A stretch of DNA of 64,000 nucleotides from Dehalococcoidia bacterium. GTDB lineage: Bacteria > Chloroflexota > Dehalococcoidia > DSTF01 > JALHUB01. Both the position numbers and the translations under genes were made by a program. The stretch is from contig JBEKKV010000005.1 of the NCBI GenBank assembly GCA_050010555.1, positions 4,695-68,694 on the forward strand, in the 5' to 3' direction. This document shows, piece by piece, positions 37,656-52,324 of the stretch; the stretch's first letter is position 1; each line of letters starts with the position of its first letter. The notes below the pieces were generated by a model, which had not been told where the DNA came from, searched no databases, and saw only the letters and a program-made list of their open reading frames with translations.

Positions 37656-38084
37656 GTGTCGAGGACGCAGATGAACCGAAACCGCCTTCTGTTTGCGCCG
37701 CTGCTGCTGCTGGCGGCCCTCATCGCCGCTTCCTGCGGCCCGTCGAAGAACTCGGCCCAGTCGACGCCGACGCCATCCGCCGCGCCCGCCACCGCTGACC
37801 CTTACGAGGGCGTCGATAGCGTCATCAAAGGTTTTGCCCTCCACAACGCGGCTCCCACCATAAAGGATGTCACGATCACGTACAGAGTCGATTACACGGA
37901 TTCCTCTGGTGTGAACTGGGTTGGCGCCACAGTATGCCCCGTTCCAAAGGATGACGTGGATTGCGCTTTCGGGATAATGAAGAGAGAGCCCGGCGGGGAG
38001 TGGCAGTTGTATTCTCTGGGAAGTGGTTATGCCAGCGGTACGCTTCCGCCCGACGTCAGAAAGGGTTTGAACCTCGCTGACTAA
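37656..38084 (+). CDS. Lipoprotein carrying one copy of a novel ~100-aa repeat domain
   Basis: Lipobox LIAASC (ATG at 37671 is also possible). Domain ...DSVI...ITYRVDYTDSSGVNWV...FGIMKREPGGEWQ...LPPDVRKGLN. Lower GC. Confidence 0.5.
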   Translation: MSRTQMNRNRLLFAPLLLLAALIAASCGPSKNSAQSTPTPSAAPATADPYEGVDSVIKGFALHNAAPTIKDVTITYRVDYTDSSGVNWVGATVCPVPKDDVDCAFGIMKREPGGEWQLYSLGSGYASGTLPPDVRKGLNLAD

Positions 38085-38123
38085 TGTAGGCGTGGCGCTG
38101 AGGCTTAGGCGGACCGCGATGCA

Positions 38124-39203
38124 ATGAACATGAAGAAGGAGCTGTTGCTGCCAATGCTCGCGCTGCTGCTGGCGGCGCTTGCTGCCGCTTCCTGCTCCTC
38201 GTCCAACAACTCGCCCCAGTCCACCCCAACGCTATCCGCCCCATCCGCCACCGCGACGGAAGCCGACATCGACAGCGTCATCACCCAGTTGATCTCGGAC
38301 TACATCCATATCGACGATATGCCGATTGACCGGACGACCCAGTACACGGACGCCTCGGGCACGGAGTGGGTCAGGTTCGACGTGCACGTGCCGGACGATG
38401 CGCTCCGCGAGGGAGTTTCGGCGGGCGCCTGGCAGGTCGGGCTCATGAAGAGGGCACCCGGCGGGAACTGGGAACTGGTCGACGTCGGGGTGGGCGACAT
38501 ACAGTGCGGCGTGCCGTCGGACGTTCAGGCGGGGTTGGGGTTCGATATATGTCCGCCGGACGAGGAGCAACTGAACGACGCGATTATCGGCTGGCTCTCG
38601 AGCGGTCCCGCTTTCGGCATCCAGAGAGCCAACCTAAGAATCGATCGCAAGACGTACTACACTGACGCCTGGGGCACGCAATGGGTTCGCTTCTCCATGC
38701 TGCCCATCCCCGATCTCACAAGCTCAACGTACGGCATCATGAGGAGGATCCCCGGCGGAAACTGGGAAGGGGCGGACTTTGGGTCAGCTCTCGTTGAGTG
38801 CTCTGTTCCAGCTGATGTCCAAGTCGGTCTTGGATTCCACAAATGCAATCCGAATGAAGATGACATGGACAGCGCGATAACCGCCTTCGTTTCTGAAACC
38901 TCGCCCGCGAGTCGGGTCATTGTTGACCGAAAGGAGAACGCGACGGACGGTTCGGGCACCGTTTGGCTCTACTTCGGAGCGCTCGTCGTCACCGACGCCT
39001 CAACACACCAGGTGTTCGGTCTGATGAAAAAAACGACCGAAGGTGACTGGGAGGGAGTTGTCGGTCTCGCTAAGGACGAGAGAGTGAGATGCCAGGTTCC
39101 GGAAGCAATTCGAGGCAACTTCGGCTGCCCCCTAGCCCCCACGCTGACCGCCTGGGCCCAAGCTACCCCTGCGCCTTCCCTCGAGACGACCCCGTCGCCA
39201 TGA
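38124..39203 (+). CDS. Lipoprotein with three tandem copies of the same ~100-aa repeat domain
   Basis: Lipobox LAAASC. Three copies of the consensus DS(V/A)I...Y(T)D(A)(S/W)GT.WVRF...(Y)G(I/L)M(K/R)R.PGGNWE...C.VP.DVQ.GLGF..C.P.(D/N)E. Confidence 0.55.
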   Translation: MNMKKELLLPMLALLLAALAAASCSSSNNSPQSTPTLSAPSATATEADIDSVITQLISDYIHIDDMPIDRTTQYTDASGTEWVRFDVHVPDDALREGVSAGAWQVGLMKRAPGGNWELVDVGVGDIQCGVPSDVQAGLGFDICPPDEEQLNDAIIGWLSSGPAFGIQRANLRIDRKTYYTDAWGTQWVRFSMLPIPDLTSSTYGIMRRIPGGNWEGADFGSALVECSVPADVQVGLGFHKCNPNEDDMDSAITAFVSETSPASRVIVDRKENATDGSGTVWLYFGALVVTDASTHQVFGLMKKTTEGDWEGVVGLAKDERVRCQVPEAIRGNFGCPLAPTLTAWAQATPAPSLETTPSP

Positions 39204-39222
39204 CTGAAACATGCGCGGCGCC

Positions 39223-40344
39223 TCACCACTCAGGCGGGCCGCGGTGCATCCGCACGCTCTCTAATATCCCCAGCGCGATGAACAGCGTCAGCAGCGAGCT
39301 TCCGCCCTGGCTGATGAACGGCAGCGGAATGCCAGTCACCGGCACGAGCCGTATGTTCACGCCGACGTTGATGAATACCTGGAACAGTATGTACGTGCAG
39401 ATTCCCGTCGCCAGCAGGCGGCCGAAGGGGTCGCGCGACGAGGCAGCGGTCTGCAGACAGCGCATCAGCAGCACGATGAACAGCGCGAACAGGATGACCA
39501 CGCCCACGAAGCCCAACTCCTCGCCCAGCACGCTGAAAATGTAGTCGGTCGTCTGCGTGCGCAGATAGTCGAGCTGCGTCTGCGTGCCGTGCGTCAGCCC
39601 TTTGCCGAACAGCCTTCCCGAGCCGATGCTGATCTGCGCCTGAAGCGTGTTGAAGCCGGAGCCGAGCGGGTCCTTGCCCGGGTCGAGGAAGGTCGCGATG
39701 CGCTCTCGCTGGTAGTTGCTCATGACGGCGATAAGGGCGAACGGCGCGGCGACGGCGGCCGAGCCGATGAGCCCCAGCACGTGCGTCGCGCGGGCGCCGG
39801 CCATTATGACGATAGCCAGCCAGATCGCTATCAGGATTATCGCCGAGCCGAGGTCGGGTTCGGCGAAGACGAGCGCAGTGGGCACGAGCGCGATGACGAG
39901 CGACGTCACGAATACCGACGCTGAGCCCATTCGCTCCTGCCGGTCCGCCAGGTACTTGGCGAGAACGATGACAACGAGGAGCTTCGCCATCTCCGACGGC
40001 TGCACCGGCGTGCCCGCAAGCTCGATCCAGCGCCGCGAGCCGTAGACCGCCTGCCCAATGACAAGCACGAACAGCAGCGACGCCAGCGCCGCCACGAACA
40101 GCCATTTGGCGGCGTAGCCCCAGAGCCGGTAGTCGACGCGGGAGACGCCGAACATAGCCGCGACGCCCACCATGGCGAAGGCGATCTGACGGGCCACCGG
40201 GTGCTCGATGACGGAGCTCGCGCTGCCGTAGCTGGGCAGGCTGCCGCTGTAGATGAGGAGAATGCCCAGCGCCACCAGGGCGAGCGCCGCAAGCAGCAGT
40301 ATGTAGTCGAACTCCTTGGCGTAGTTGACTTTCGCGGCTCTCAT
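39223..40344 (-). CDS. rodA: SEDS-family peptidoglycan glycosyltransferase RodA
   Basis: 373 aa, 10 TM, FtsW/RodA motifs (GSRRWIELAG..QPSE, SDFIFSV-like TDYIFSV). Directly downstream of the PBP2 gene with an overlapping ATGA. Confidence 0.8.
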   Translation of the reverse strand: MRAAKVNYAKEFDYILLLAALALVALGILLIYSGSLPSYGSASSVIEHPVARQIAFAMVGVAAMFGVSRVDYRLWGYAAKWLFVAALASLLFVLVIGQAVYGSRRWIELAGTPVQPSEMAKLLVVIVLAKYLADRQERMGSASVFVTSLVIALVPTALVFAEPDLGSAIILIAIWLAIVIMAGARATHVLGLIGSAAVAAPFALIAVMSNYQRERIATFLDPGKDPLGSGFNTLQAQISIGSGRLFGKGLTHGTQTQLDYLRTQTTDYIFSVLGEELGFVGVVILFALFIVLLMRCLQTAASSRDPFGRLLATGICTYILFQVFINVGVNIRLVPVTGIPLPFISQGGSSLLTLFIALGILESVRMHRGPPEW

Positions 40345-42248
40345 TGTCCGTTATTGCGGTGGAAGTAGTAGTTGAGGATCTGGCCGCCCAGCGGGGCCGC
40401 GTTCTTGGCGCCGTTCCCGTTGTCCAGGAAGACGACGGCGGCAACCTGCGGGTCGTTCGCAGGCGCGAAGCCGGTGAACCAGGCGTGGCTGGCGTAAGTG
40501 CCGCCGCCCAGGTCGGGACCGTACTCCGCCGTGCCGGTCTTGCCGGCGACCTCGACGCCCGGGACCGCCGCGGTGCTGGCCGTGCCCCAGGCCACCGCCT
40601 GTCGCATGCCCTCGCGGAAGATCGCCAGGTTGTCAGGGCTAATCGGAAGGTGGCTGGCGATGTTGGGAACGAACGGGAACAGCGACTTCCCCGTCGAGTC
40701 AACGACGGAGCGCACGATCCGCGGCACCAGGACGTCGCCCCCGTTGGCGACCGCCGCGGTGACGCGCACCATCTGCAGCGGCGTCGCTTCGACAAATCCC
40801 TGGCCGATGGCCATGTTGTAGGTATCGCCTATCGTCCAGTCCTCACCGATCTGGCTCTTCTTCCAGTCGGGGTCCGGTATCGTGCCAGCCGCCTCGTCCG
40901 GCAGGTCGATGCCGCTGGTCGCGCCGAGGCCGTAGGCGCGGGCATAACGGGCAAGAGCGTCGGCGCCCATGCCGTGGAACAGTTCGACGCCGTTCTGATA
41001 GTAGCCGCCGGCCAGCTCGTAGAAGTAGACGTCGGAGGACTGCGCGACGCCCTGGTAGAAGTTCATCGTGCCCAGCGCGGACCAGTCCTTAAAGACGTAG
41101 ACGATGCTGGGGTCGTACTCGTTGGGGACGGTGATGGAACCGGTGCTGGTGATGGTCGTGCCCGGGTTGGCAACGCCCTCCTGAAGAGCGCCGGTGCCGG
41201 TTATCTGCTTGAACGTGCTGCCCGGCGGGTAGACGGAAGAGATGCAGTGGTTCAGAAGCGGCTTGCCCGGGTCGTCGAGGAGCGACTGGTACTGCTGCTG
41301 CGTTATGTTGGTGAAAATGTTGTTGTCGTAGTTGGGCAGCGACACCATCGACAGGATCTCGCCGGTATGCACGTCCATGACGATGGCGCAGGCGGTGGTG
41401 GAGCCGGAATCGCTCATGGCCTGCTGGACGAAATCGGTGACGTGCTTCTGGAGGTCGAGATCGAGCGAGAGGACAAGGCCGGCGCCGGGCGTCGCGGGGT
41501 TCTCCTTCAACGTTTGCATTTCCCTGCCCGAGGCGTCGACCTCGACGTCATTGCTGCCGGGCTGGCCCCGGAGCACCGATTCGTAGACTGATTCAATGCC
41601 CGTCTGCCCGACGCGGTCGTTCATCTGATAGCCCTTGGTCGCCAGGTCAGGGTACTGGTCTGCCGTAACTTGGCCGACGTAGCCGAGGATGTGCGAAAGG
41701 ACGTCGCCGGTGGTGTAGTGCCGGATGGGCGTGACGATGACCTGGGCGCCGGGGATGCTGCTCTCGCGCTCCCGGAGAGCGAATGCTTCGTCGGAGCTTA
41801 TGCCTTCCTTGATGATGACGGGCGTGAAGGGGTCTTTGCTCGCGCGCGCCACGTCGACCTTGGCAGTGATGTCGGCGGCGGGAACCTGAAGTAGGGCCTC
41901 CAACTGCCTTGAGAGGTCCGCCTCGCGGTCCTTCGGGAAATCGGCGGGCACGACGCCGGCCGAGAACTCGGGAATGTTCTCCACCAATGGCGTGCCGTTG
42001 CGGTCGAAAATGATGCCGCGCGCCGGCGTTACCGGCGAAACCCTCAGACTGTTGGTCTCGGCGCGCAGCTCGTACGCCTGTCCTTGGAAGATCTGCAGGC
42101 GCAGGAGCTGGAGCGTCATCACGCCGAAGACGATGAGGATCAGCAGGCGGAAGTAGAAGAACTTGTCGCGCAGCACCTGCTTATCGCTGCGCTCCTCCTT
42201 CTCCTTCGGCGAGCGCCACCTTCGCTCCTTGCGACCCAGCAAATCCAT
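40341..42248 (-). CDS. mrdA: Penicillin-binding protein 2 (elongasome transpeptidase)
   Basis: 635 aa. N-terminal TM, then transpeptidase motifs S-x-x-K (GSTFK), S-x-N, and KTGTA. Confidence 0.85.
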   Translation of the reverse strand: MDLLGRKERRWRSPKEKEERSDKQVLRDKFFYFRLLILIVFGVMTLQLLRLQIFQGQAYELRAETNSLRVSPVTPARGIIFDRNGTPLVENIPEFSAGVVPADFPKDREADLSRQLEALLQVPAADITAKVDVARASKDPFTPVIIKEGISSDEAFALRERESSIPGAQVIVTPIRHYTTGDVLSHILGYVGQVTADQYPDLATKGYQMNDRVGQTGIESVYESVLRGQPGSNDVEVDASGREMQTLKENPATPGAGLVLSLDLDLQKHVTDFVQQAMSDSGSTTACAIVMDVHTGEILSMVSLPNYDNNIFTNITQQQYQSLLDDPGKPLLNHCISSVYPPGSTFKQITGTGALQEGVANPGTTITSTGSITVPNEYDPSIVYVFKDWSALGTMNFYQGVAQSSDVYFYELAGGYYQNGVELFHGMGADALARYARAYGLGATSGIDLPDEAAGTIPDPDWKKSQIGEDWTIGDTYNMAIGQGFVEATPLQMVRVTAAVANGGDVLVPRIVRSVVDSTGKSLFPFVPNIASHLPISPDNLAIFREGMRQAVAWGTASTAAVPGVEVAGKTGTAEYGPDLGGGTYASHAWFTGFAPANDPQVAAVVFLDNGNGAKNAAPLGGQILNYYFHRNNGQ

Positions 42249-42276
42249 AACGAGCCTCAGCTTCTGAAAAGCTCAG

Positions 42277-42777
42277 TCAGACGTAGCTGCGAATCTTGCC
42301 CAAGCCACCGCTTCGCAACCAGACCAGCCAGTAAACCGGTAGCGTGAATAGAACGTTGACGATGCTCGTCGGCACGACCACGCGTACCAGTGCCGTTAGC
42401 CAGCCGACGCTGTCTCCCTCCAGCCGCAGCGCCACGAGAAGAACGACCTCGTATATGAGGCTGGACAGAAACGCGACGACCAGCGCCAGCAGCAGGTGAT
42501 TCGGCGTGACATTGAGCGCCCGCAGCTCGGACAGGAGCAGCACCGGAACCGCGGCGAGAAGCGCCACGCCGACCGGCTGGCTGCCAAACAGGCTGAGGCA
42601 CAGGCCACCGATAGGTATCACCACCATCGCCTCCTGCCGGCCGCGAACGATCGTCCAGCAGACGAGCAGCACGAGCACTAGGTTCGGCGAGACGCCGAAC
42701 ATGGGGAACGCCGGCATCACCGATGTCTGCACCAGGGCGGTCAGCAGGAGCAGCAGCGTCGCCAGAACGTATTTCAC
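42277..42777 (-). CDS. mreD: Rod shape-determining protein MreD
   Basis: 166 aa, 4-5 TM. Start overlaps the mreC stop. Confidence 0.55.
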   Translation of the reverse strand: MKYVLATLLLLLTALVQTSVMPAFPMFGVSPNLVLVLLVCWTIVRGRQEAMVVIPIGGLCLSLFGSQPVGVALLAAVPVLLLSELRALNVTPNHLLLALVVAFLSSLIYEVVLLVALRLEGDSVGWLTALVRVVVPTSIVNVLFTLPVYWLVWLRSGGLGKIRSYV

Positions 42778-43598
42778 GGCGTCACCAGCTTCTGGGGAAC
42801 GAAGCTCGTCAGCACCAGCACCGTCTCAATGTGCGATAGGCTTGCCAGCGGCTCCAGCGTCACCGACTGGAAGAGGTCCTGCGGCCCGCCACCGACGTCC
42901 GTTACCTTGCCGATGACCAGCCCGGCCGGGTACAGTCCGCCGATCGCCGAGGTGATGACGGTATCGCCGTCCTTGACGGCCGCACCCTGACCGACGAAAT
43001 CGATGGAGAGCTTGCGGCTGTAGCTGCCCGTAACGACGCCCTCCGCGCGCGACTCCTGCACCATCGCCGAGATCGCGCTGCCGGGATCGGTGACGAGCGT
43101 GACCCAGGAGTAGGAGTCGAACACCTTGGTGACCGTGCCGACAACGCTGTTGCCCTCGGTGACGACGACCATGCCCTCCTGAAGCCCATCGTGGGTGCCC
43201 CTGTCGATCGCGACGGCCTCCTTCAGGCTGTCGGGGTCCTTCGCCACGACGTTGGCGACCAGGTACTGGGCGTCGGCGTTGCTCTGCTTGACCAGGAGCA
43301 GCGCCTGCAACTGGCTGAGCTGCGCCTGGGCGTTCAGCAGCGTGGCGACCTGATTCTTGAGCTGCTCGTTCTCCGCGCGGAGGCTATCGTTCTCGCTGCG
43401 CACATCGCCGATGTCGCGGACGTTTGAAAGCCAGCCGGCCACCGGGTCGGAGACATTACGAAGGGCGTGTTGGACCGGCGCCGCGACGTCCAGGAAGGCG
43501 TTCTGAAAGGGGTCGATGACGCCGGCGCGGGAGAGCAGGATGAGGACGAGGCTGAGGCCGACAACCCCCAACGTCCAGGTGCCCAGCCGAGAGCTCAT
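42774..43598 (-). CDS. mreC: Rod shape-determining protein MreC
   Basis: N-terminal TM, coiled-coil (ENDSLRAENEQLKNQVATL), and a C-terminal beta-rich domain. Confidence 0.8.
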   Translation of the reverse strand: MSSRLGTWTLGVVGLSLVLILLSRAGVIDPFQNAFLDVAAPVQHALRNVSDPVAGWLSNVRDIGDVRSENDSLRAENEQLKNQVATLLNAQAQLSQLQALLLVKQSNADAQYLVANVVAKDPDSLKEAVAIDRGTHDGLQEGMVVVTEGNSVVGTVTKVFDSYSWVTLVTDPGSAISAMVQESRAEGVVTGSYSRKLSIDFVGQGAAVKDGDTVITSAIGGLYPAGLVIGKVTDVGGGPQDLFQSVTLEPLASLSHIETVLVLTSFVPQKLVTP

Positions 43599-43694
43599 CG
43601 CAAAACCCTCTTCCCGTCAACGACGTGGCTCCGAGAGAGCTGCCGCCGGGGAATCACTGCCAACCGCATGATTGACGCAGGCCGCGCCGAGGGT

Positions 43695-44732
43695 CTAGCG
43701 CGGCGACTTGCGCGCTGCCAAATTCGACTGAACCTTTGAGAGCAGGGCCGCCTCCTCCAGCACCTCGCCGGCGCCGCGGACAACGCAGGTCAGCGGGCCC
43801 TCGGCGACATAAACGGGGAATTTCGTTTCCTGCGCCAGCCTGCGGTCGAGCCCGGCCAGGAGGGCGCCGCCGCCGGCAAGCGCGATGCCCCGGTACATGA
43901 GGTCCGCTACCAGCTCCGGCGGCGTGATTTCGATTGTCGACCGCACGGCGTCGACGATGGCGTTGATAGACCCGGAAAGGGCGTCGCGCAGCTCGACGGT
44001 GCTGACTTCCACCGACTTCGGCAGGCCCGTCGCCAGGTCGCGCCCGCGCAGGACCACCGTCCCTTCCTCGTCCATCGGGAAAGCGGAGCCGGCCTCGATC
44101 TTTATCTCCTCCGCCGTCCGCTCGCCGATTAGCAGGTTGTGCACCTGGCGGGCGTAGGCCATGATCTCCTGGTCCATCTCGTCGCCGGCGGTTCGCACGG
44201 AGGTGGCGACGACGATGCCGCCGAGCGCTATGACCGCCACTTCCGTCGTGCCGCCGCCGATGTCGACGATCATGCAGCCGCTGGGCTCCATGATCGGCAG
44301 GCCGGCGCCGATCGCCGCCGCCATCGGCTCTTCGACGAGATAAGCTGCCCGGGCGCCCGCATTCAGCGAGGCGTCGTGAACGGCGCGCTTCTCGACTTCC
44401 GTCACGCCGCTCGGAATGCCAACGACGACGCGCGGTCGGGGGATACCGAAGCCGAACTTCTCGTGCACGGAGCGGATAAAGTACTGGAGCATGCGCTCGG
44501 TGACCTGGAAGTCGGAGATGACGCCGTCGCGCATGGGGCGAACAGCGACGATGTTCGAAGGCGTGCGGCCGACCATGCGCTTGGCCTCGGCGCCGATGGC
44601 GAGGATCTTCTTGCTGACGCGGTCGATGGCGACGACGGACGGCTCGTCGATGACGATGCCACGGCCCTTGACCATGACCAGCGTGTTCGCCGTGCCCAGG
44701 TCAATGCCGATGTCGTGCGAGAAAGCGCCCAT
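43695..44732 (-). CDS. mreB: Actin-like rod shape-determining protein MreB
   Basis: DIGIDLGTANTLV (phosphate-1), IDIGGGTTEVAV (phosphate-2), and the adenosine motif. Start taken at the second Met (MGAFSHDIGIDLG). Confidence 0.9.
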   Translation of the reverse strand: MGAFSHDIGIDLGTANTLVMVKGRGIVIDEPSVVAIDRVSKKILAIGAEAKRMVGRTPSNIVAVRPMRDGVISDFQVTERMLQYFIRSVHEKFGFGIPRPRVVVGIPSGVTEVEKRAVHDASLNAGARAAYLVEEPMAAAIGAGLPIMEPSGCMIVDIGGGTTEVAVIALGGIVVATSVRTAGDEMDQEIMAYARQVHNLLIGERTAEEIKIEAGSAFPMDEEGTVVLRGRDLATGLPKSVEVSTVELRDALSGSINAIVDAVRSTIEITPPELVADLMYRGIALAGGGALLAGLDRRLAQETKFPVYVAEGPLTCVVRGAGEVLEEAALLSKVQSNLAARKSPR

Positions 44733-44940
44733 AAAGGCTGACAGGGGATTCCACACGGGAAGCCGCTCCTTGGCTAGATGACGATCCGAATCGTGCCGAA
44801 TTATAGCGCATCGTCTGGGCTAGGGAAAGGGGCGGCAGCGAATCAGTTTTCTAGCGCTTCGAAATGCCCTAGCGGGCAAATCAAAGCGCTAATGCAGATT
44901 GGACACGGCGGAGCGCACGGCATGCTGCGCCCTGGTTTCC

Positions 44941-49633
<4,693 letters not shown>

Positions 49634-49838
49634 CTTCGCGCCTGGTCCCGGTGTGCTCCTGCAGGAGTAGATGACGTTCCCCCGCCTTATGCGCCTCACT
49701 TCGCAGACGTTTAGTCGCTGTCCTCATATGCGCGCTCCCGCCGCTGAAGCATAATGACTGTGGCCAAGGGGATTCGAGGGAACGGATTCGCTGGCGCACC
49801 GGATGTAACGGCTCGTTCGTTCAGGAGGGTGGCCCTAA

Positions 49839-50528
49839 ATGAACAAGACGCGCGTTCTTATCGCCGACCCCGCAGACCTGGCGCGACAGGGGCTCTCCGG
49901 CCTCCTGTCGGCGCAGGAAGACTTCGCGGTGGTGGCCTCCTGCCGAACGGTGAACGAAACAGTATCCGAGGCTATCGCGCAGTCGCCGGACGTGGTCCTT
50001 TTGGGCTACGGCTTTTCCGAGCCTCAGCGGCTAGAGACGGTCCGTCAGATACAGAAGAATCGGCCGTGGATCCCCCTGCTTGTCCTGACCGACCACCCCG
50101 AGCTAGAAGCATTCCTGTCGTGTATTAGGGCTGGAGCTCGTGGCTATCTGGGAGGAGATGTGGACGCGTCAGGGCTAATGAATGCCGTCCGGAAGCTGAG
50201 TTCCGGCGGCTGCGCTATTGACCCGTGCGTAATGCCGGAGCTATTTGCATTCCTGACCCAGCAGGCCGTGCCCTTCGCCAGGAACCCCGCCAGGGCCGGA
50301 GAGTCGGGCTCGCCGCTGTCGAAGCTGACGCCGCGCGAACGCGACGTGCTGCGGCTGATGGCGCAGGGCAGGGGGAACAAAGAAATCGGGGCGCTGCTGG
50401 GAATCAGCGTCGGCACCGCGAAGACGCACCTGAGGCACATCTTCCGCAAGCTGCAGGTGTCGGACCGCACGGGCGCGGTGCTGACGGCGCTGGAGATCGA
50501 CGCTTCGCGCATCCTGCCGGCGGCATAG
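49839..50528 (+). CDS. Atypical (phospho-acceptor-less) NarL/LuxR-family response regulator
   Basis: REC-like N-domain plus a C-terminal LuxR HTH (LTPRERDVLRLMAQGRGNKEIGALLGISVGTAKTHLRHIFRKL). Aligned to NarL, the DD pocket reads ADPAD, the phospho-Asp reads G (VVLLGYGF), and the conserved Lys reads G (GYLGGD). Confidence 0.7.
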   Translation: MNKTRVLIADPADLARQGLSGLLSAQEDFAVVASCRTVNETVSEAIAQSPDVVLLGYGFSEPQRLETVRQIQKNRPWIPLLVLTDHPELEAFLSCIRAGARGYLGGDVDASGLMNAVRKLSSGGCAIDPCVMPELFAFLTQQAVPFARNPARAGESGSPLSKLTPRERDVLRLMAQGRGNKEIGALLGISVGTAKTHLRHIFRKLQVSDRTGAVLTALEIDASRILPAA

Positions 50529-50623
50529 CGGATTTACGCCCATCCCTTTCATCGACGAACACTCGCGTCCCAGATGCGTCTCTTCCCTATAACGACACGA
50601 CCGCCGTTGAACGATAATCCTCT

Positions 50624-51415
50624 ATGACGCAGCGGAACCCGCGCGCCGAGCGCCCCCTGTCGTTCGAAGGCAGAGGCCAGCCCGGTCGTAGCTTCAGAGA
50701 TGACGCGCCACCGCGCCAGACCGCGAACAGCGGCAGGCAGGTCCGCGTTCTCGTCGCTGATCCGACGGACCTGGCGCGACAGGGCCTGCGCGGGCTGCTC
50801 GCCGTTCGCGAGGACCTGGACGTGGTGGCGTCCTGCCGAACCATCGACGACGCGGTGTCGGAGTGCGCCAAGCAGTCGCCGGACGTGGCGCTCATCGGCT
50901 ACGGCTTCTCGGAGCCGCAGCGGCTGGAGGCAGTGCGACAGATCGTTAGGAGCCGCGCCTCGATGCCCGTCCTCGTCGTTACCGATCATCCCGATCTGGA
51001 CGTGTTCCTCGCCTGCGTGAAGGCCGGGGCACGGGGCTATCTGGGCGCGGACGTGCACGCCTGGGGGCTTATCGACGCCGTGTTGACGCTGGCCTTCGGG
51101 GGCTGCGCCGTCGAGCCGGTCATTCTGCGCGACCTCTTCGCCTACCTGGCCGGCGTCGCGAGTTCGATGACTCGCGGGATCGCATCCGGCAGAGATTCAG
51201 CGCTGGCGAAGCTATCGCCGCGGGAGCGCGAGGTCTTGCGACTGATGGCGCAGGGGAAGGGCAACAAGGAGATCGCCTCGCTGCTGGGAATAAGCGCCGG
51301 CACGACGAAGACCCACCTTCGTCACATATTCAAGAAGCTGCGGGTCTCGGACCGGACCGGCGCCGTGTTGACCGCGCTCGAGATCGACCCGGCCAAGCTT
51401 CTGCCGGCCGCCTGA
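50624..51415 (+). CDS. Atypical NarL/LuxR-family response regulator, tandem paralog
   Basis: About 75% identical to the previous gene, with the same substitutions (ADPTD, VALIGYGF, GYLGAD). Extra ~35 aa basic N-terminal leader. GATAAT -10 element between the two genes. Confidence 0.7.
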   Translation: MTQRNPRAERPLSFEGRGQPGRSFRDDAPPRQTANSGRQVRVLVADPTDLARQGLRGLLAVREDLDVVASCRTIDDAVSECAKQSPDVALIGYGFSEPQRLEAVRQIVRSRASMPVLVVTDHPDLDVFLACVKAGARGYLGADVHAWGLIDAVLTLAFGGCAVEPVILRDLFAYLAGVASSMTRGIASGRDSALAKLSPREREVLRLMAQGKGNKEIASLLGISAGTTKTHLRHIFKKLRVSDRTGAVLTALEIDPAKLLPAA

Positions 51416-51478
51416 GCCGCGTCGTTGGAGCATCTATCGTATGGCAGATTCTGATTCCGCCAAATTGTCCGAAGAATA

Positions 51479-52321
51479 TTGTGGGAGCAATCGTCGCCTG
51501 ACGTTGCGGCGATCTGTCTTTATCAGTCCCTAGAGGGGAGTCGCACTACGGACCAGGTGAAACACGCCACGAACTCCGTGTACAAGAGCTACTTCCATGC
51601 CCTCTATCTAAGCCGGCTGGCGTTCTTTGGGTTCTGGATCTGCTTCGGCTACTTCGTCATGTGGTCGATACCCTGGTTCGGCATTGGCTTGTCCAGGGAA
51701 GATTACACACCCCAGTACATCATGACGATGTCATTCGCCGCCGGCAGCATGGCGCTAGGCCTGCTGTACATGACCCTGCGGACCATGGCGCGTCACAAGC
51801 GGGAGGCGCTGGTCGCCTGGAATTCGCTCTACGATGAGTCGACGGGCACACACACGCGAAGCCACCTCTACGACCGCCTGTCCCTCGAGTGCGAGAGGTC
51901 GGAGCGCCACGGCTCATCGTTCGCCTTGATCCTCTTGAAGCTCAGACCGCCGGACCCGGGTCGAGGCCGCCACGGCGCCATCAAGACCACGAAGTTCCTC
52001 CGCCGCGCCGCCGACCTGGTGCAAAGCCTCACGCGGCCCAGCGACCTCGTCGCCCTGGTAAGCAATAGCGAGTTCGCCGTCCTTGCCTGCGGCGTCGACG
52101 CCGAGGGTGTGGCAGTGTTGACGCGACGCCTTCGCGCCTCGCTGGCCGTCGGTCTGCCCGGTCTCGCCAGGGACTGCGGCGACAGCGCTGAGCCGCTCGT
52201 AGAGCTCGGCGTCGCGATGTATGGCCGGGACGGCACCACACCCGAAACGCTCGTCGACGCGGCGCGCGCGGCGGCGCAAGACCGCGGAACGCTCCCTCTC
52301 TCCGACAGTCGCGTCGCCTGA
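51479..52321 (+). CDS. Membrane-anchored degenerate GGDEF-domain protein
   Basis: Two N-terminal TM helices, then a GGDEF-fold block (YDESTGTHTRSHLYDRLSLECERSERHGSSFALILLKL...). The GG(D/E)EF position reads SNSEF. Confidence 0.5.
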   Translation: MWEQSSPDVAAICLYQSLEGSRTTDQVKHATNSVYKSYFHALYLSRLAFFGFWICFGYFVMWSIPWFGIGLSREDYTPQYIMTMSFAAGSMALGLLYMTLRTMARHKREALVAWNSLYDESTGTHTRSHLYDRLSLECERSERHGSSFALILLKLRPPDPGRGRHGAIKTTKFLRRAADLVQSLTRPSDLVALVSNSEFAVLACGVDAEGVAVLTRRLRASLAVGLPGLARDCGDSAEPLVELGVAMYGRDGTTPETLVDAARAAAQDRGTLPLSDSRVA

Positions 52322-52324
52322 AAC

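Noticed and set aside
39230-40795. 521-aa minus-strand ORF spanning rodA and the mrdA 3' end
   Set aside because: It is an alternative frame of rodA/mrdA, both of which have clear family motifs. The composition is Arg/Pro/Ala-rich.
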